Virus record (IMG/VR): IMGVR_UViG_3300020161_002811 | Span: 18,227-82,226 of that record | Reading direction: 5' to 3' (one strand) | DNA: 64,000 nucleotides | From: a virus | Lineage: Duplodnaviria > Caudoviricetes | Part shown: positions 48,749 to 58,451 of the stretch, piece by piece | How the letters are laid out: every line of letters begins with the position of its first letter | Position numbering within the stretch: position 1 is the first letter of the stretch | Notes under the pieces: model-generated | Database searches by the model: none | What the model saw: only the letters and a program-made list of their open reading frames with translations | Told to the model about the DNA's origin: nothing | Position numbers and translations under genes: made by a program

Positions 48749-51700
48749 TATCTAACACCTGCATTAATATCAATTTGCTCCGATCCAAAAGGATTCATAA
48801 CTGGAATGACAGATCCTGATACACCCATACCACTCATTAAGGATCTTAATCTTGAAGCGGTGTCTGTTTGAGATCCGGTTCCACCGCCAAATCTAGGATA
48901 ACTAGGATTGGATAAACTGGCTTCTTGTATCTGCTGTGGATAGTAACCCATTTGCGACATTTCCAGCCCCATATCTTGGCCAATCTTTATTTTAACTTGA
49001 TCCATACTGGTATTGGGGTGCCAACCTTCCCAGTTTTCATTAGGTAATTCGTTCTTAGAAAAATAATCAGTTAACTCTGGTCTCTTTTCTACTTCCATGC
49101 CCCACGCAGCTTCGTATATTCTTCTTTCAAGTCTTCCAGCTGTTGATAATATTCTTTTTCTTTCATCTACGGGAGCATTAATCATGGCTTTAAAATGTTC
49201 CCGTTTTCTTTTTGGTATTGCCAAAGAAAGTGACTCTATATCAGTTCCGTATCTTCCTGAATTTATTTCTTCTATTGGGGCGCCATACATTGTTCTTTTG
49301 GCAGCTGACTCATACTGGAAGGCTGCGCCTTTATCACCAGCCATACTAGCCATTTTGGCTAATCTAGTATTTTTAGTGTATGTCAGTATGTCCGCATATT
49401 CTTCTAGTGCAAGTTCTTTTTTCCTAGCCCTTGGCATGAACTGCTCTCCAGTAATGGCTTCATTGGCTGAATGGAGTGAGGAAACGCTAAAGCCCGTTAC
49501 TGCTCCAAGTGTAGACATTATAAATTTACCTTTGCCAGATTCTCCAAAGAATGTACCAGCTACCGCTAATGCAGCGGCTGCTGTTATGGGATCTCTATTT
49601 CCAGCCTTATTGATCATCGGAGCTATAAAGCTCTCAAAAGGCCTTTGCCATTCAGGGAAGGTTGCGCCATATACGTTGTTTCTTTCCCAATCTTCTGTCG
49701 CTGTTTGTTTATTTACAAACTTCTTATTAATAAATGTATCTTTATGCGCTAGCATTTCGCCTACTCTACTTACTGCGTGTACAGTCGGATGCATGCCCAT
49801 TTCCTCGGGGGTGCTATCTTTGTACTTATATTCAGTAAAGTTTTTCTTCTGCTGTATTGATATTGCGCGTTCTCTAAGTTCCTGGACCCTTAACTTATCG
49901 GTAGGATTATCTACCATGGAATCTATAGTTTTGTCTAGTGACCTAAACTGCTTTGAATACGGAGCTACGTCTCCAAGTATTTTATATTGATCCATTACCC
50001 CGTATCTACCTGTGGCATCTGGGCTTAGTCTATTTAATCTCTCATAAGCTACTCCAGGCAATCTAAGCTCTCCTTCCGGAACTTTTGTAAACGGGTCACC
50101 TGTAGTAAAATCCGTAAAGTATTCTGATCCTGGGAGGAATGGATACTGCTTGCCCATAGTATTCTTGATCGGATTTATGTAGTCAATGCCCGATCTTTCT
50201 TTGGGTATAAATCTTCTTGTTATTTCTGAAAACTCTATAGAACCTATTTGCTTTCCGCCCAACATAGGAATGTCTCCTAGTCCTCCTAGGTTCATGTCCC
50301 AAAATTGCCTTCCAGTTCCATATCCCTTAGAAGCCGATTGCAAAACTGATCTTTGTGGTGCCAGGTCTCTTTGACCTAATCCAAAACTTTCTCGTACGTT
50401 ACTCGCGGCAAAGCCGTAAATACCTAGCATTTCCTGAGTCCTATATCCAAGTTCCTGGGCTTGGATTTGTGGATTGCCTGCATTTATTGGACTGCCAGAT
50501 GGAATAATGCGCTGTGGCATAACGCCAGTTACCTTAGGTGCCCCATAGGCCATCTGCATGTATTGATTATTAACGCCGGATATTGTATTTCTAGTTTCAT
50601 TTCTGGCAGTATTGAGCGAACCTGCTCTTCCTGCTAGCATTGCGTTAGAAGATGCCTGTGTGCCGTTTGGAGGGCCTCCAGGTCCTCCCATGGCCATTCC
50701 ACCTGCAACGCCTCCCATGCCCCCAAAAACGCCACCTCTGCCATTGATGTATGGATCTGCGTTATAAGCTCCAGATTGACCAGCCGGCACGTAGTTGGCT
50801 AGTCCCGCAGCCACTTCTTGTTGATGCATCATGGTCTGAGGTTTAAGTACTTTTCCAACAGTGGCGTTGAGTGCTGGAACAAGTGGGCCGAATGGCCCGC
50901 TGAAATACTCACCAGATACAGGGTATGGCCTATCCTCAAAGTGCTTGCGCTCAAAACGATAAGGATCAAACGGTCTAAGTGGAGATATGTCAGTGTAAAA
51001 TAGCGCTCTTTCTATTGGGCTCCCCATGCTGTCCGAGGTGAACATTGCTCCAGTTTCTAGTTTGCGATATATACTTGGGCGGTAGTACATAATTTTTCCG
51101 CCCATGAATGGAGTATTGCCCAAAGGCCAGAATCGACCTTGTCTAATTGCTACTTCGCCTTCAAATAATTGTTCTTTCTTTTCTTCAAAATTCATTCCGC
51201 CAGGAGTAATGCCAGAACCAAGAGCCTGTAAATTTCCTACTGCCTTAGCAGCTCCGCCGATAAAGAATGGTGAGTAAACCCTTTCTCCTCTATCATCTTT
51301 TTCATTTACCATTCCACCAATAGTTCTGTCGGCGGTCATGATGCCCAGGCCGGCACCGTATATTGGCAGGATTCTTTTTCCTACCATTCCACTTGTAAAT
51401 AGACTTAAGGGTGAGCCGTATTGAGAAACGTCTAGCTGTAGGCCAATGGTTCCAAAATATTTATTTAGTCTTTCAACGCTGTGTGACACTGCAGTAGATG
51501 CACTAGAGTAGCTCTCTGTACTATTGTAAGTATTAATTCCTAGTGCACTTTTTATTGCGCCATATGGATTCCTAGCAAAGACGGTGCCAAAAGTTGGAAC
51601 TAGAAGAACGTCTGCGCCCTGTCCTCTTGTAGATCCGAGAACGTCTGTTGCTGCTTCCGATATCCGATAGGGAGCAGTGCTAAGTCTAGGGTATAATGCT

Positions 51701-54700
51701 TTTTTAATTATGCCAGACCTTCCTACCTCTCCTATTCTTTGGCTAGTTCCAGTAACAAAAGGATCAACTAGTCCTCCTGCGTCTTTTAGGGCCTCTATGG
51801 AATTTTTAAATGCGCCTCTCTGTACTGCTAGTTCACTTAGTCCAGCCCTATTTGCTTTCATGGAACTTAAATTAAATAGTGTTGAAAGTCCGGCTGCTTG
51901 CGCCTCTGCTAACTGACCAGCTGGCAAATCCTTTGCCATTGCAGTTATAATTTCATTCATCTGAATAAAGGTATTAGAAAAATTTTGCCCTGCTGCACCG
52001 GCAGAGCCTGATGCTAGTAATTCATTTCTTTGAACTAAATATTTGAATAATTCATCTTGAAGCTCATCCCCTCTTGTTAAGATTGTGGGGCTTCTTTTTC
52101 TGATATGGGACCCAGACATTAAATCTGCGTCCTGCATTATATCTCTTAGTCTTCTACTCGTTTCATACAGGGCGTCTGGTTCATAACCTAAGCCCCTTAT
52201 TCTGGAGGCGTCATAATTCAATGATGCAAGTACGTCATCGGTCATTTGTTTTGTATCTTGAACATTGGTAAGTGAAGAGACTCTTCTACCATTAAATGTT
52301 CCTATGCCATTATCCTCAAGAGCTTTCATTACTCTCTTGGGCATAGCAAAACCACGAGTTTGTTGTCTAAAGTTTTCAAATGCCCTTAGCATTTCGCCTT
52401 CGGTGATCATTTCACCTGCAGTGCCGGGTGACCTTGCTGTTACTGCGCCAGTATCATCTGCTATGTTTACTCTGAATTGTTTACCATTAGAGTCAACCGT
52501 TTCATTCTTGAGAAGTCGTCCAAAGAAGGCTGGATTTTCTGGATCAGTCTTTCTCTTGGCAAACCTTGACAATAAGCGCCCAATTGAATTTGGCTGCTCA
52601 TAATCAACATCAAATTTTTGCCTAAGGGCAAGTTCTCTTTCCGGACTAACTCCAAGTCTTTTTAATAAATTTGATCTATTTTTTCCATTAGCAAATTCAA
52701 CTTCATTCAGCGACTTTGCCTTGCTTTCCGAAGCTGCGTTTCTTGCAGCCCTTGAGAGCATTTCATTACTTTTTCTAGAAAGAGGTCTGTAAAATCCCTC
52801 TAACTCTTTTGACTGATATTGGCCAGTTATTGATTCCTCAGTAAAGGACATTACCTTATGCTTAGTGCGGCCTCCACTATAGGACAAAAAGAAATCAGCG
52901 CCTCTATCTGCTTCAGGGAGAAACGGTTGGGATACTTTTCCTTGCACTATCTGGAATGGAGCACGGCCTGACATTTCGTCAAATGAGCCTTTTCCAAACA
53001 TCCGCGCTGGATTAAAGTTAAGTATAGGAATTTTTAAATCATTACTTAAGAAGTTGCCAACGTTTCTTACCGATTGCTTAACGCCAGAAAAATCTAATAC
53101 ACTTCCAGAACGAGTTGTATAAACATCTCTCATTACTGAAACGCTAGAAGATGTTGTCGTTGGATCGGCTAATGCCATTCTCTTGGATATTTCACCTAGC
53201 ATTGTTTGACTATCGTCGCTAAGTCCTGCGAATAGCCCTTGACTTACGCCTTCATCTAAAGTCATTGCCTTTAATCCGAGAATATTAAATCCTCTACTAA
53301 ATATGCCAGTACTTATCTGCTTTTCTCTTACTAGAAAACTTCTTAGGCTATCTGGATTATTAGTGTTTAATCCTCTTTTTCCTAGGCTTTGACTCAGTAC
53401 AGCATTAGAGACTTCTCGACCATTTGCGTCTTTTAGATTTATTCCTAACCTTTGCGCTGATCTTTTAATTAAGAAATCTTTTTGGGAAACTGATAAATTA
53501 TTTAAGTCTGCAAAATCTTCAAAATCTGCCTTTTTAGTTTTTAGCACCTTGCCTGCCACACGGGGCATGGCATTATCTAGTATGGAATTCCATCCCTTTT
53601 CTGCTTTTACTTTTATTGCAGCTTGAAATTCTTTTCCTTCAAATATTCTATTAGTATTTTCTATAGATGTTTTCAGGGCATCTGAGCTGAGAAACCCTCC
53701 CTCAATCGGATCGTCTACCGTTGTTGAAAATCTTTTTAATATTTCCTCAAAAGCTTCATCGCCCTGTTTGATGATTTTAGTTTTGCCAATAGTTACTTTT
53801 CTACTAGTTTCTTTGACTGAAGTATTAACACTTACATCATTTATGAATTTTCCTAAAGCCCCGGAAAATCCTTCACGACCAGAATTTGGTGATATATCTA
53901 ATATTTGTTTTTGAAGAAGCTTCTTAAACTCTCGCTCTTCTACTTGTCTATAAAACTCTGAGCCACTAAAGGTCTTACTACCTACACCTCCTCCTCCGCT
54001 ATCACTAAATTTTTGAGCTAACTTGGATACTTTGTTGGAGAAATTAGCTCGCACATTTGTGACTACACTAGTTAATTCATCTGCATTCATACCAGATTTA
54101 TGTAGGGCTGCGTCAAAACTTATTGCTTTATTTATTACATCGTAGCCAACTCCAGTTTTCTTAAATGCACTAATACCTTGATTGACGCCTGAGCCAATTC
54201 CTCTTAATCCGGGCAATAAATCTATATAGCCAAAATTGCCATCTGCTCCATCTCCAAAAGCTAATTTTCGACCAAATGTTGCAGCTCTTTTTAGAGTGCT
54301 TTGACCTGTAGAATTTGCCCAAGATTCTCTAGCTCCAGTGTTTCTAACGCTGTGCATAATGGCATTGATGTTAGGTCGCTGACTTACATAGTTTTCTGTT
54401 GCTGCCTTAACTGCAGCTGAACCCTGAGCTGAAACTTTTAATGCCTGATTTGTTATCTTACCTAGGTCGTGACCTACTTCTCCAAGAATATCATCTAAGT
54501 CAGTGAATCGCTGAGCTGCTTTTGTCTTAAAAGAATTAACCCCAGATGACCGCGCAACGTCGCCCATGGATTGTCTAAAATTATGGAGAGATGATCTTGC
54601 GTTGCCTGCTGCTGCCCCAGCTACCTCGAATGGCAGAATCATCGTAGCTAAAGCTATTGATGATTCTTTAACAAAGTCCGTAACAACATCTACTGGGTTG

Positions 54701-55353
54701 TACCAGTTAACCTTAGGCTTATCTTCTCTTCCCCCAAAGATTGGGTCTATTAAGGCTTTTTGCCCAACATACAATGCTGGCAATTCGTATGGCGCACGCC
54801 TTGCAGAGGCGACCATTCTACTTTGTATGGAGTCCCTGAGAGACCAAATTGCAGCTGGCTCACTCTCGATACCCCTACCTGCCTGATTGAGCTCTGCACT
54901 AGTGAAATAATTTCCGTTGTCAGTTAACTTTGTTTGACCTGCAGTTAGCCTGCCATTACTTTCGAATACTAAATTACTGTATGGGTCTAGCTGATCTGGA
55001 TCTGCTCCATCTATAGCCCTACTAACGCCGCCTAGTTGGTCCATCTCTTTTCTTAGACCAGTAAGACTTTTTACTGTCCTCGAAGAGAAACCTTCCGGAT
55101 TGATGGATGCTTGATCCTGAAGGGTTTTAGCTAGCTTAAGTCCACCTTCTTTAGTAATCTTACTAAGAACAAACATGGCGCCTAAAGTGGCTCCACTTGT
55201 TGCAAAGAATCTTAATACTGGGTGACCATTTAGGGCTTTACTTACAAAGCCAGAATTAGGAGCATCACCGCGCTCCTCATCGTTCATTGTTGGTAGGTCT
55301 CTAGACGTTACATTGTAACCTAAATTTTGTATAGGTCCTGGATCTCTTACCAC
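48748..55353 (-). CDS. tape-measure-like protein
   Basis: 2201 aa directly after two tail assembly chaperones; helical A/G/K-rich sequence with several hydrophobic segments; C-terminal region RFWPLGNTPF.GGKI.YYRP...ELRLPG..YE...WEGWHP. Confidence 0.75.
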   Translation of the reverse strand: MVRDPGPIQNLGYNVTSRDLPTMNDEERGDAPNSGFVSKALNGHPVLRFFATSGATLGAMFVLSKITKEGGLKLAKTLQDQASINPEGFSSRTVKSLTGLRKEMDQLGGVSRAIDGADPDQLDPYSNLVFESNGRLTAGQTKLTDNGNYFTSAELNQAGRGIESEPAAIWSLRDSIQSRMVASARRAPYELPALYVGQKALIDPIFGGREDKPKVNWYNPVDVVTDFVKESSIALATMILPFEVAGAAAGNARSSLHNFRQSMGDVARSSGVNSFKTKAAQRFTDLDDILGEVGHDLGKITNQALKVSAQGSAAVKAATENYVSQRPNINAIMHSVRNTGARESWANSTGQSTLKRAATFGRKLAFGDGADGNFGYIDLLPGLRGIGSGVNQGISAFKKTGVGYDVINKAISFDAALHKSGMNADELTSVVTNVRANFSNKVSKLAQKFSDSGGGGVGSKTFSGSEFYRQVEEREFKKLLQKQILDISPNSGREGFSGALGKFINDVSVNTSVKETSRKVTIGKTKIIKQGDEAFEEILKRFSTTVDDPIEGGFLSSDALKTSIENTNRIFEGKEFQAAIKVKAEKGWNSILDNAMPRVAGKVLKTKKADFEDFADLNNLSVSQKDFLIKRSAQRLGINLKDANGREVSNAVLSQSLGKRGLNTNNPDSLRSFLVREKQISTGIFSRGFNILGLKAMTLDEGVSQGLFAGLSDDSQTMLGEISKRMALADPTTTSSSVSVMRDVYTTRSGSVLDFSGVKQSVRNVGNFLSNDLKIPILNFNPARMFGKGSFDEMSGRAPFQIVQGKVSQPFLPEADRGADFFLSYSGGRTKHKVMSFTEESITGQYQSKELEGFYRPLSRKSNEMLSRAARNAASESKAKSLNEVEFANGKNRSNLLKRLGVSPERELALRQKFDVDYEQPNSIGRLLSRFAKRKTDPENPAFFGRLLKNETVDSNGKQFRVNIADDTGAVTARSPGTAGEMITEGEMLRAFENFRQQTRGFAMPKRVMKALEDNGIGTFNGRRVSSLTNVQDTKQMTDDVLASLNYDASRIRGLGYEPDALYETSRRLRDIMQDADLMSGSHIRKRSPTILTRGDELQDELFKYLVQRNELLASGSAGAAGQNFSNTFIQMNEIITAMAKDLPAGQLAEAQAAGLSTLFNLSSMKANRAGLSELAVQRGAFKNSIEALKDAGGLVDPFVTGTSQRIGEVGRSGIIKKALYPRLSTAPYRISEAATDVLGSTRGQGADVLLVPTFGTVFARNPYGAIKSALGINTYNSTESYSSASTAVSHSVERLNKYFGTIGLQLDVSQYGSPLSLFTSGMVGKRILPIYGAGLGIMTADRTIGGMVNEKDDRGERVYSPFFIGGAAKAVGNLQALGSGITPGGMNFEEKKEQLFEGEVAIRQGRFWPLGNTPFMGGKIMYYRPSIYRKLETGAMFTSDSMGSPIERALFYTDISPLRPFDPYRFERKHFEDRPYPVSGEYFSGPFGPLVPALNATVGKVLKPQTMMHQQEVAAGLANYVPAGQSGAYNADPYINGRGGVFGGMGGVAGGMAMGGPGGPPNGTQASSNAMLAGRAGSLNTARNETRNTISGVNNQYMQMAYGAPKVTGVMPQRIIPSGSPINAGNPQIQAQELGYRTQEMLGIYGFAASNVRESFGLGQRDLAPQRSVLQSASKGYGTGRQFWDMNLGGLGDIPMLGGKQIGSIEFSEITRRFIPKERSGIDYINPIKNTMGKQYPFLPGSEYFTDFTTGDPFTKVPEGELRLPGVAYERLNRLSPDATGRYGVMDQYKILGDVAPYSKQFRSLDKTIDSMVDNPTDKLRVQELRERAISIQQKKNFTEYKYKDSTPEEMGMHPTVHAVSRVGEMLAHKDTFINKKFVNKQTATEDWERNNVYGATFPEWQRPFESFIAPMINKAGNRDPITAAAALAVAGTFFGESGKGKFIMSTLGAVTGFSVSSLHSANEAITGEQFMPRARKKELALEEYADILTYTKNTRLAKMASMAGDKGAAFQYESAAKRTMYGAPIEEINSGRYGTDIESLSLAIPKRKREHFKAMINAPVDERKRILSTAGRLERRIYEAAWGMEVEKRPELTDYFSKNELPNENWEGWHPNTSMDQVKIKIGQDMGLEMSQMGYYPQQIQEASLSNPSYPRFGGGTGSQTDTASRLRSLMSGMGVSGSVIPVMNPFGSEQIDINAGVR

Positions 55354-55367
55354 AGTTCTTCCTTAGC

Positions 55368-55997
55368 TTAACCTGATCTCCACAACTGGTTTGCAATGGG
55401 GTCTTGATATGCTGCTTCTCCTTCTTTCTTGGAAAGATTATGACGAGCAGCTTTAACTTTTTCTTTTTCTACTTCTTCTTGTGGATCAATCAATTGCAAA
55501 GTTAAATTGGTTGGCTCCATACCATTCATATTCTGTTTAATCTCAATTATTTTTTCTGAAAGAGCTACATTTTCAGCTAACTCAGAGAATGTCATATTCT
55601 CTAAATCATCTGGGGTATATGTAGATATAGTAGCGAGAACAAAGGCTTTCATTAAATTTTTGACCTCAGTAGCTTCATATCTTTTTTCCTCAAGAATATT
55701 CTTAGCCAAGGACACAGTAAAGAAGCCAGATATATTCAATATCTCTTGAGACAATGAAGACACTGCCCCAGGAGATATTGACATTAAATCAAAATTTTCT
55801 GGATAAATAATAGCGTACGACAGAATTAGGTCTTCCATATCAGCGGAAGAAAAACCATCTAAACCCTGAAGATATAATATCTTATTATATTCTTTAAAAG
55901 TTAATTCTCTGAAAACTAAAGTTTGACTTTTTACATCAACGCTATAGATGTTTCCATATTTACTTTTTAAGGTAAATACTAACTCTGGGTCTATCAT
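55368..55997 (-). CDS. tail assembly chaperone (paralog 2)
   Basis: LKSKYGNIYSV...LVFRELTFKEY...IIYP...PGAVSSLSQEILNISGF parallels the upstream chaperone; positioned before the TMP. Confidence 0.75.
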   Translation of the reverse strand: MIDPELVFTLKSKYGNIYSVDVKSQTLVFRELTFKEYNKILYLQGLDGFSSADMEDLILSYAIIYPENFDLMSISPGAVSSLSQEILNISGFFTVSLAKNILEEKRYEATEVKNLMKAFVLATISTYTPDDLENMTFSELAENVALSEKIIEIKQNMNGMEPTNLTLQLIDPQEEVEKEKVKAARHNLSKKEGEAAYQDPIANQLWRSG

Positions 55998-56000
55998 AAA

Positions 56001-56558
56001 TTACAGCTGTCTTACCTCTAAGGCAACGAATCCTGAAGCTTCTAATACCTCTTGGGCAATTAACGAAGGGAGGCCAGCCATAAATCCAGCAGAATTATTC
56101 TTGTCAAACTTGGGGTACAGCATGCATAACTCTGATATGGTTTCTTCATTCCAGAGGTTAGCTTCTGCTGTAGTTAGCTGTCCTGCCTGAACCAGCTGTT
56201 CCATTTTCTTAACAATTTGCTTATACTCAGCACGATTTAAAACTCTCCATACAATATGCTTATCATAAGTAATAGATGTTACATAAATGTCACCATATTG
56301 CTTTTTCCAATCCTTGACAGTGCCTGCTAGCGGTCCGCCATCCCAAATTGGTTCTTCATCTGGAACATCTTCTATATCCTGGTAGTCAGCATCGTTCTGC
56401 ATTGGCAGCTCTTCATCTTCTAAGTCTGGAGAATAGCCTGATGCAAGATCGCTTGCGTTGGGGTCATCCGACATTTCTAGATCTACCGTAGTAGTTTCAA
56501 AGTCTTCGCCAGATTCAATATCTAGATTTTTAACAACAACTTTTCTTTTAGAATCCAT
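56001..56558 (-). CDS. tail assembly chaperone (paralog 1)
   Basis: WKKQYGDIYV...IVWRVLNRAEY...CMLYP...AGLPSLIAQEVLEASGF, with an acidic N-terminal extension. Confidence 0.75.
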   Translation of the reverse strand: MDSKRKVVVKNLDIESGEDFETTTVDLEMSDDPNASDLASGYSPDLEDEELPMQNDADYQDIEDVPDEEPIWDGGPLAGTVKDWKKQYGDIYVTSITYDKHIVWRVLNRAEYKQIVKKMEQLVQAGQLTTAEANLWNEETISELCMLYPKFDKNNSAGFMAGLPSLIAQEVLEASGFVALEVRQL

Positions 56559-56586
56559 AATTACTCTCTTTCGCTCGAATCAATTC

Positions 56587-56615
56587 ATTATATCATACTA
56601 TACTTATTTAAACAA
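56587..56615 (-). promoter_or_regulatory. sigma70-type promoter: TTGTTT-N17-TATAAT with extended -10 TG
   Basis: The minus strand reads TTGTTT (56615-56610), a 17-nt spacer ending in TGA, then TATAAT (56592-56587), in the 61-bp gap upstream of the first chaperone. Confidence 0.65.
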
Positions 56616-56619
56616 CTGC

Positions 56620-57597
56620 TTACGGTAGACTTGTTATCTGTCCCGTGCCTCCTATAGACTTGTACCAATTTGACATATTGCCACTTGTAGAGGTTGCAGT
56701 TTGTGCCGATCTTGCAGACTCTGGATCTGCTGAGGTATTAAAAGTAGCCTTTGTCTTAACGAAGGAAAGATTAGCCTCTGTAAAATAGTGATCTCTTGCT
56801 ATAAATTGATAACTTTCACCAACAGGCTGACCGCCGGGTCCGTAGGCAATAGACATATTGGTCAGGTTTACCTCTTGTATTACTATTTTCATAGGTTGAG
56901 AAAAATCATCAGATTTAACAGTTCTTTGATTGACGTCTGAAATCATCATTCTATCTATGTTATCAGAGATATTAGTATCTTCAGATTGGTATACATTCAG
57001 TGGGGATAGCGCAACTTCTTCTAGTCCATATACTATAATTAAATTAAATGGCGGATGGGCGCTAAAAATATTTCTATTAGAATTTTGAACGTTTTTGAAA
57101 AATGGGTCGTCAGTAGTTCTGTCCAACTGCCCTCTCGCCCAATACTTTTCTATTAACTTTTCATCTTCTTCTGTTTCAAAACTAGATCTAAGATTAGACA
57201 TAACCTCATTAATCGGATATTTATTTTTTGCTGCGCGCGCTCTAACATCGGCTGCTTTTTCAAGTAGTTCTGTCATTCTTCTTGGGTATTTGGAGAACAT
57301 TGTTATTTCTCCAGTAATAATTCTAGTCCCATACATCATGGCGTCGTAATTATATGACCAGAACCCGTATAGCGGTTGTTTTTCTTGTCTGACATTAAAC
57401 GCAAAGTTTGCAATGTCAAGTTCATCTTCGGGAGAAAATAATCCATCTATATATATTCTTATATCTTCACCACTAAAGTAATAATCATAATAGTTACTAA
57501 AGCGCAAGTCTTCTTGTGTTCCACCACTCCATACGGCATCCAATCGTTCGTGAAGTGGATCAAACTCTCTTGAGTTGTTTATATTTCTAATTGTCAT
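56620..57597 (-). CDS. tail-tube-fold protein (minor, tube-initiator-like)
   Basis: YFSGEDIRIYIDG...FAFNVRQEKQPLYGFWS...GTRIITGEITM aligns with the major tube motif FSGADI...TREKAPIY...GKRGIAGSLIF. Confidence 0.75.
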   Translation of the reverse strand: MTIRNINNSREFDPLHERLDAVWSGGTQEDLRFSNYYDYYFSGEDIRIYIDGLFSPEDELDIANFAFNVRQEKQPLYGFWSYNYDAMMYGTRIITGEITMFSKYPRRMTELLEKAADVRARAAKNKYPINEVMSNLRSSFETEEDEKLIEKYWARGQLDRTTDDPFFKNVQNSNRNIFSAHPPFNLIIVYGLEEVALSPLNVYQSEDTNISDNIDRMMISDVNQRTVKSDDFSQPMKIVIQEVNLTNMSIAYGPGGQPVGESYQFIARDHYFTEANLSFVKTKATFNTSADPESARSAQTATSTSGNMSNWYKSIGGTGQITSLP

Positions 57598-58379
57598 CTT
57601 GGAGGCTGCACCTGAGTTGTATTGTTTTCGTTCTTTTTAGGATTATATTTCTTTTCATAGTATTCTTGTTCATTTAAGGAAGCTAGCTCTTCTACGATAA
57701 GATCACCAAATATATTGGATCCAATATTCATATCTCTTGCCTTCATTTCTTGAGTATAGGATAGATCCTTGGGAACTAAGTCATCATTTGGTATTTTTAT
57801 TAAAGGCTGGATACCTCTAGCCATATAGGTGTATGTTTGTTCTGTTATTAAGTCATCTATAGATAAAGTTTGACCTTCATCAACTATAGTAACTCCAAAG
57901 ATTTTCATTTTTGCTCCGATACCATATTCGTTGAAAAATGTAATGACAATATCGAATGGTGGTAACATGTCTGCGAGTGGCGCAAAGAAACCTTGTTTTC
58001 TGGCTAAGTATTCTCTAAATTGCTTTATTCTATAGAAAGCGTACTCATTGAAAACGGTAAATATCAAGCTTCCAGCAATAGTTCTTCCGCCCTTGACAAA
58101 GCCTCTGACGTTTACGTGCCCTAGGGTCCTTATGGGTGAGTTTTCTCTATGTATGGAGTATGAGATGGTTTGAAGTTCACCGAGAGTTATTACGTCACCC
58201 TGAGCTTCAACATTTCCCTGTTTACCTATCACGGGAACTATCATCGTTGCTACTGCATCTGCTCCAGAGAAGGACATATTCGACATGTACTTATCAAAGT
58301 CAAATAAGTCATTTCCAGAGTTTTCTTTATTCTCTTCTTTTCTGGTGAGCTTAAAAGGGAACGATTGCCCTTGTGCCAT
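57594..58379 (-). CDS. tail-tube-fold protein (minor)
   Basis: SFSGADAVA...GELQTISYSIHRENSPIRTLG...GGRTIAGSLIFTVF...DMLPPFDIVITFFNEYG...DEGQTLSIDDLITEQTYTYMARGI is clearly paralogous to the major tube. Confidence 0.85.
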   Translation of the reverse strand: MAQGQSFPFKLTRKEENKENSGNDLFDFDKYMSNMSFSGADAVATMIVPVIGKQGNVEAQGDVITLGELQTISYSIHRENSPIRTLGHVNVRGFVKGGRTIAGSLIFTVFNEYAFYRIKQFREYLARKQGFFAPLADMLPPFDIVITFFNEYGIGAKMKIFGVTIVDEGQTLSIDDLITEQTYTYMARGIQPLIKIPNDDLVPKDLSYTQEMKARDMNIGSNIFGDLIVEELASLNEQEYYEKKYNPKKNENNTTQVQPPR

Positions 58380-58390
58380 ATTATTCTCCT

Positions 58391-58432
58391 ATAAATAAAA
58401 AGGTGCATGGAAGAAGCCTCCCATGCACCTTT
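58391..58432 (-). terminator. intrinsic terminator after the major tail tube gene
   Basis: 12-bp inverted repeat AAAGGTGCATGG (58399-58410) / CCATGCACCTTT (58421-58432), followed on the - strand by TTTTTATTT. Confidence 0.85.
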
Positions 58433-58451
58433 CACGTAAAATTACACTCTA

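Noticed and set aside
49097-49990. 297-aa plus-strand ORF, and the many other 60-130 aa + strand ORFs in the track
   Set aside because: All lie antisense to long minus-strand genes, show shadow-like composition (S/L/F/I-rich) and have no recognisable motifs or SDs. They are best explained by the codon bias of the real genes.
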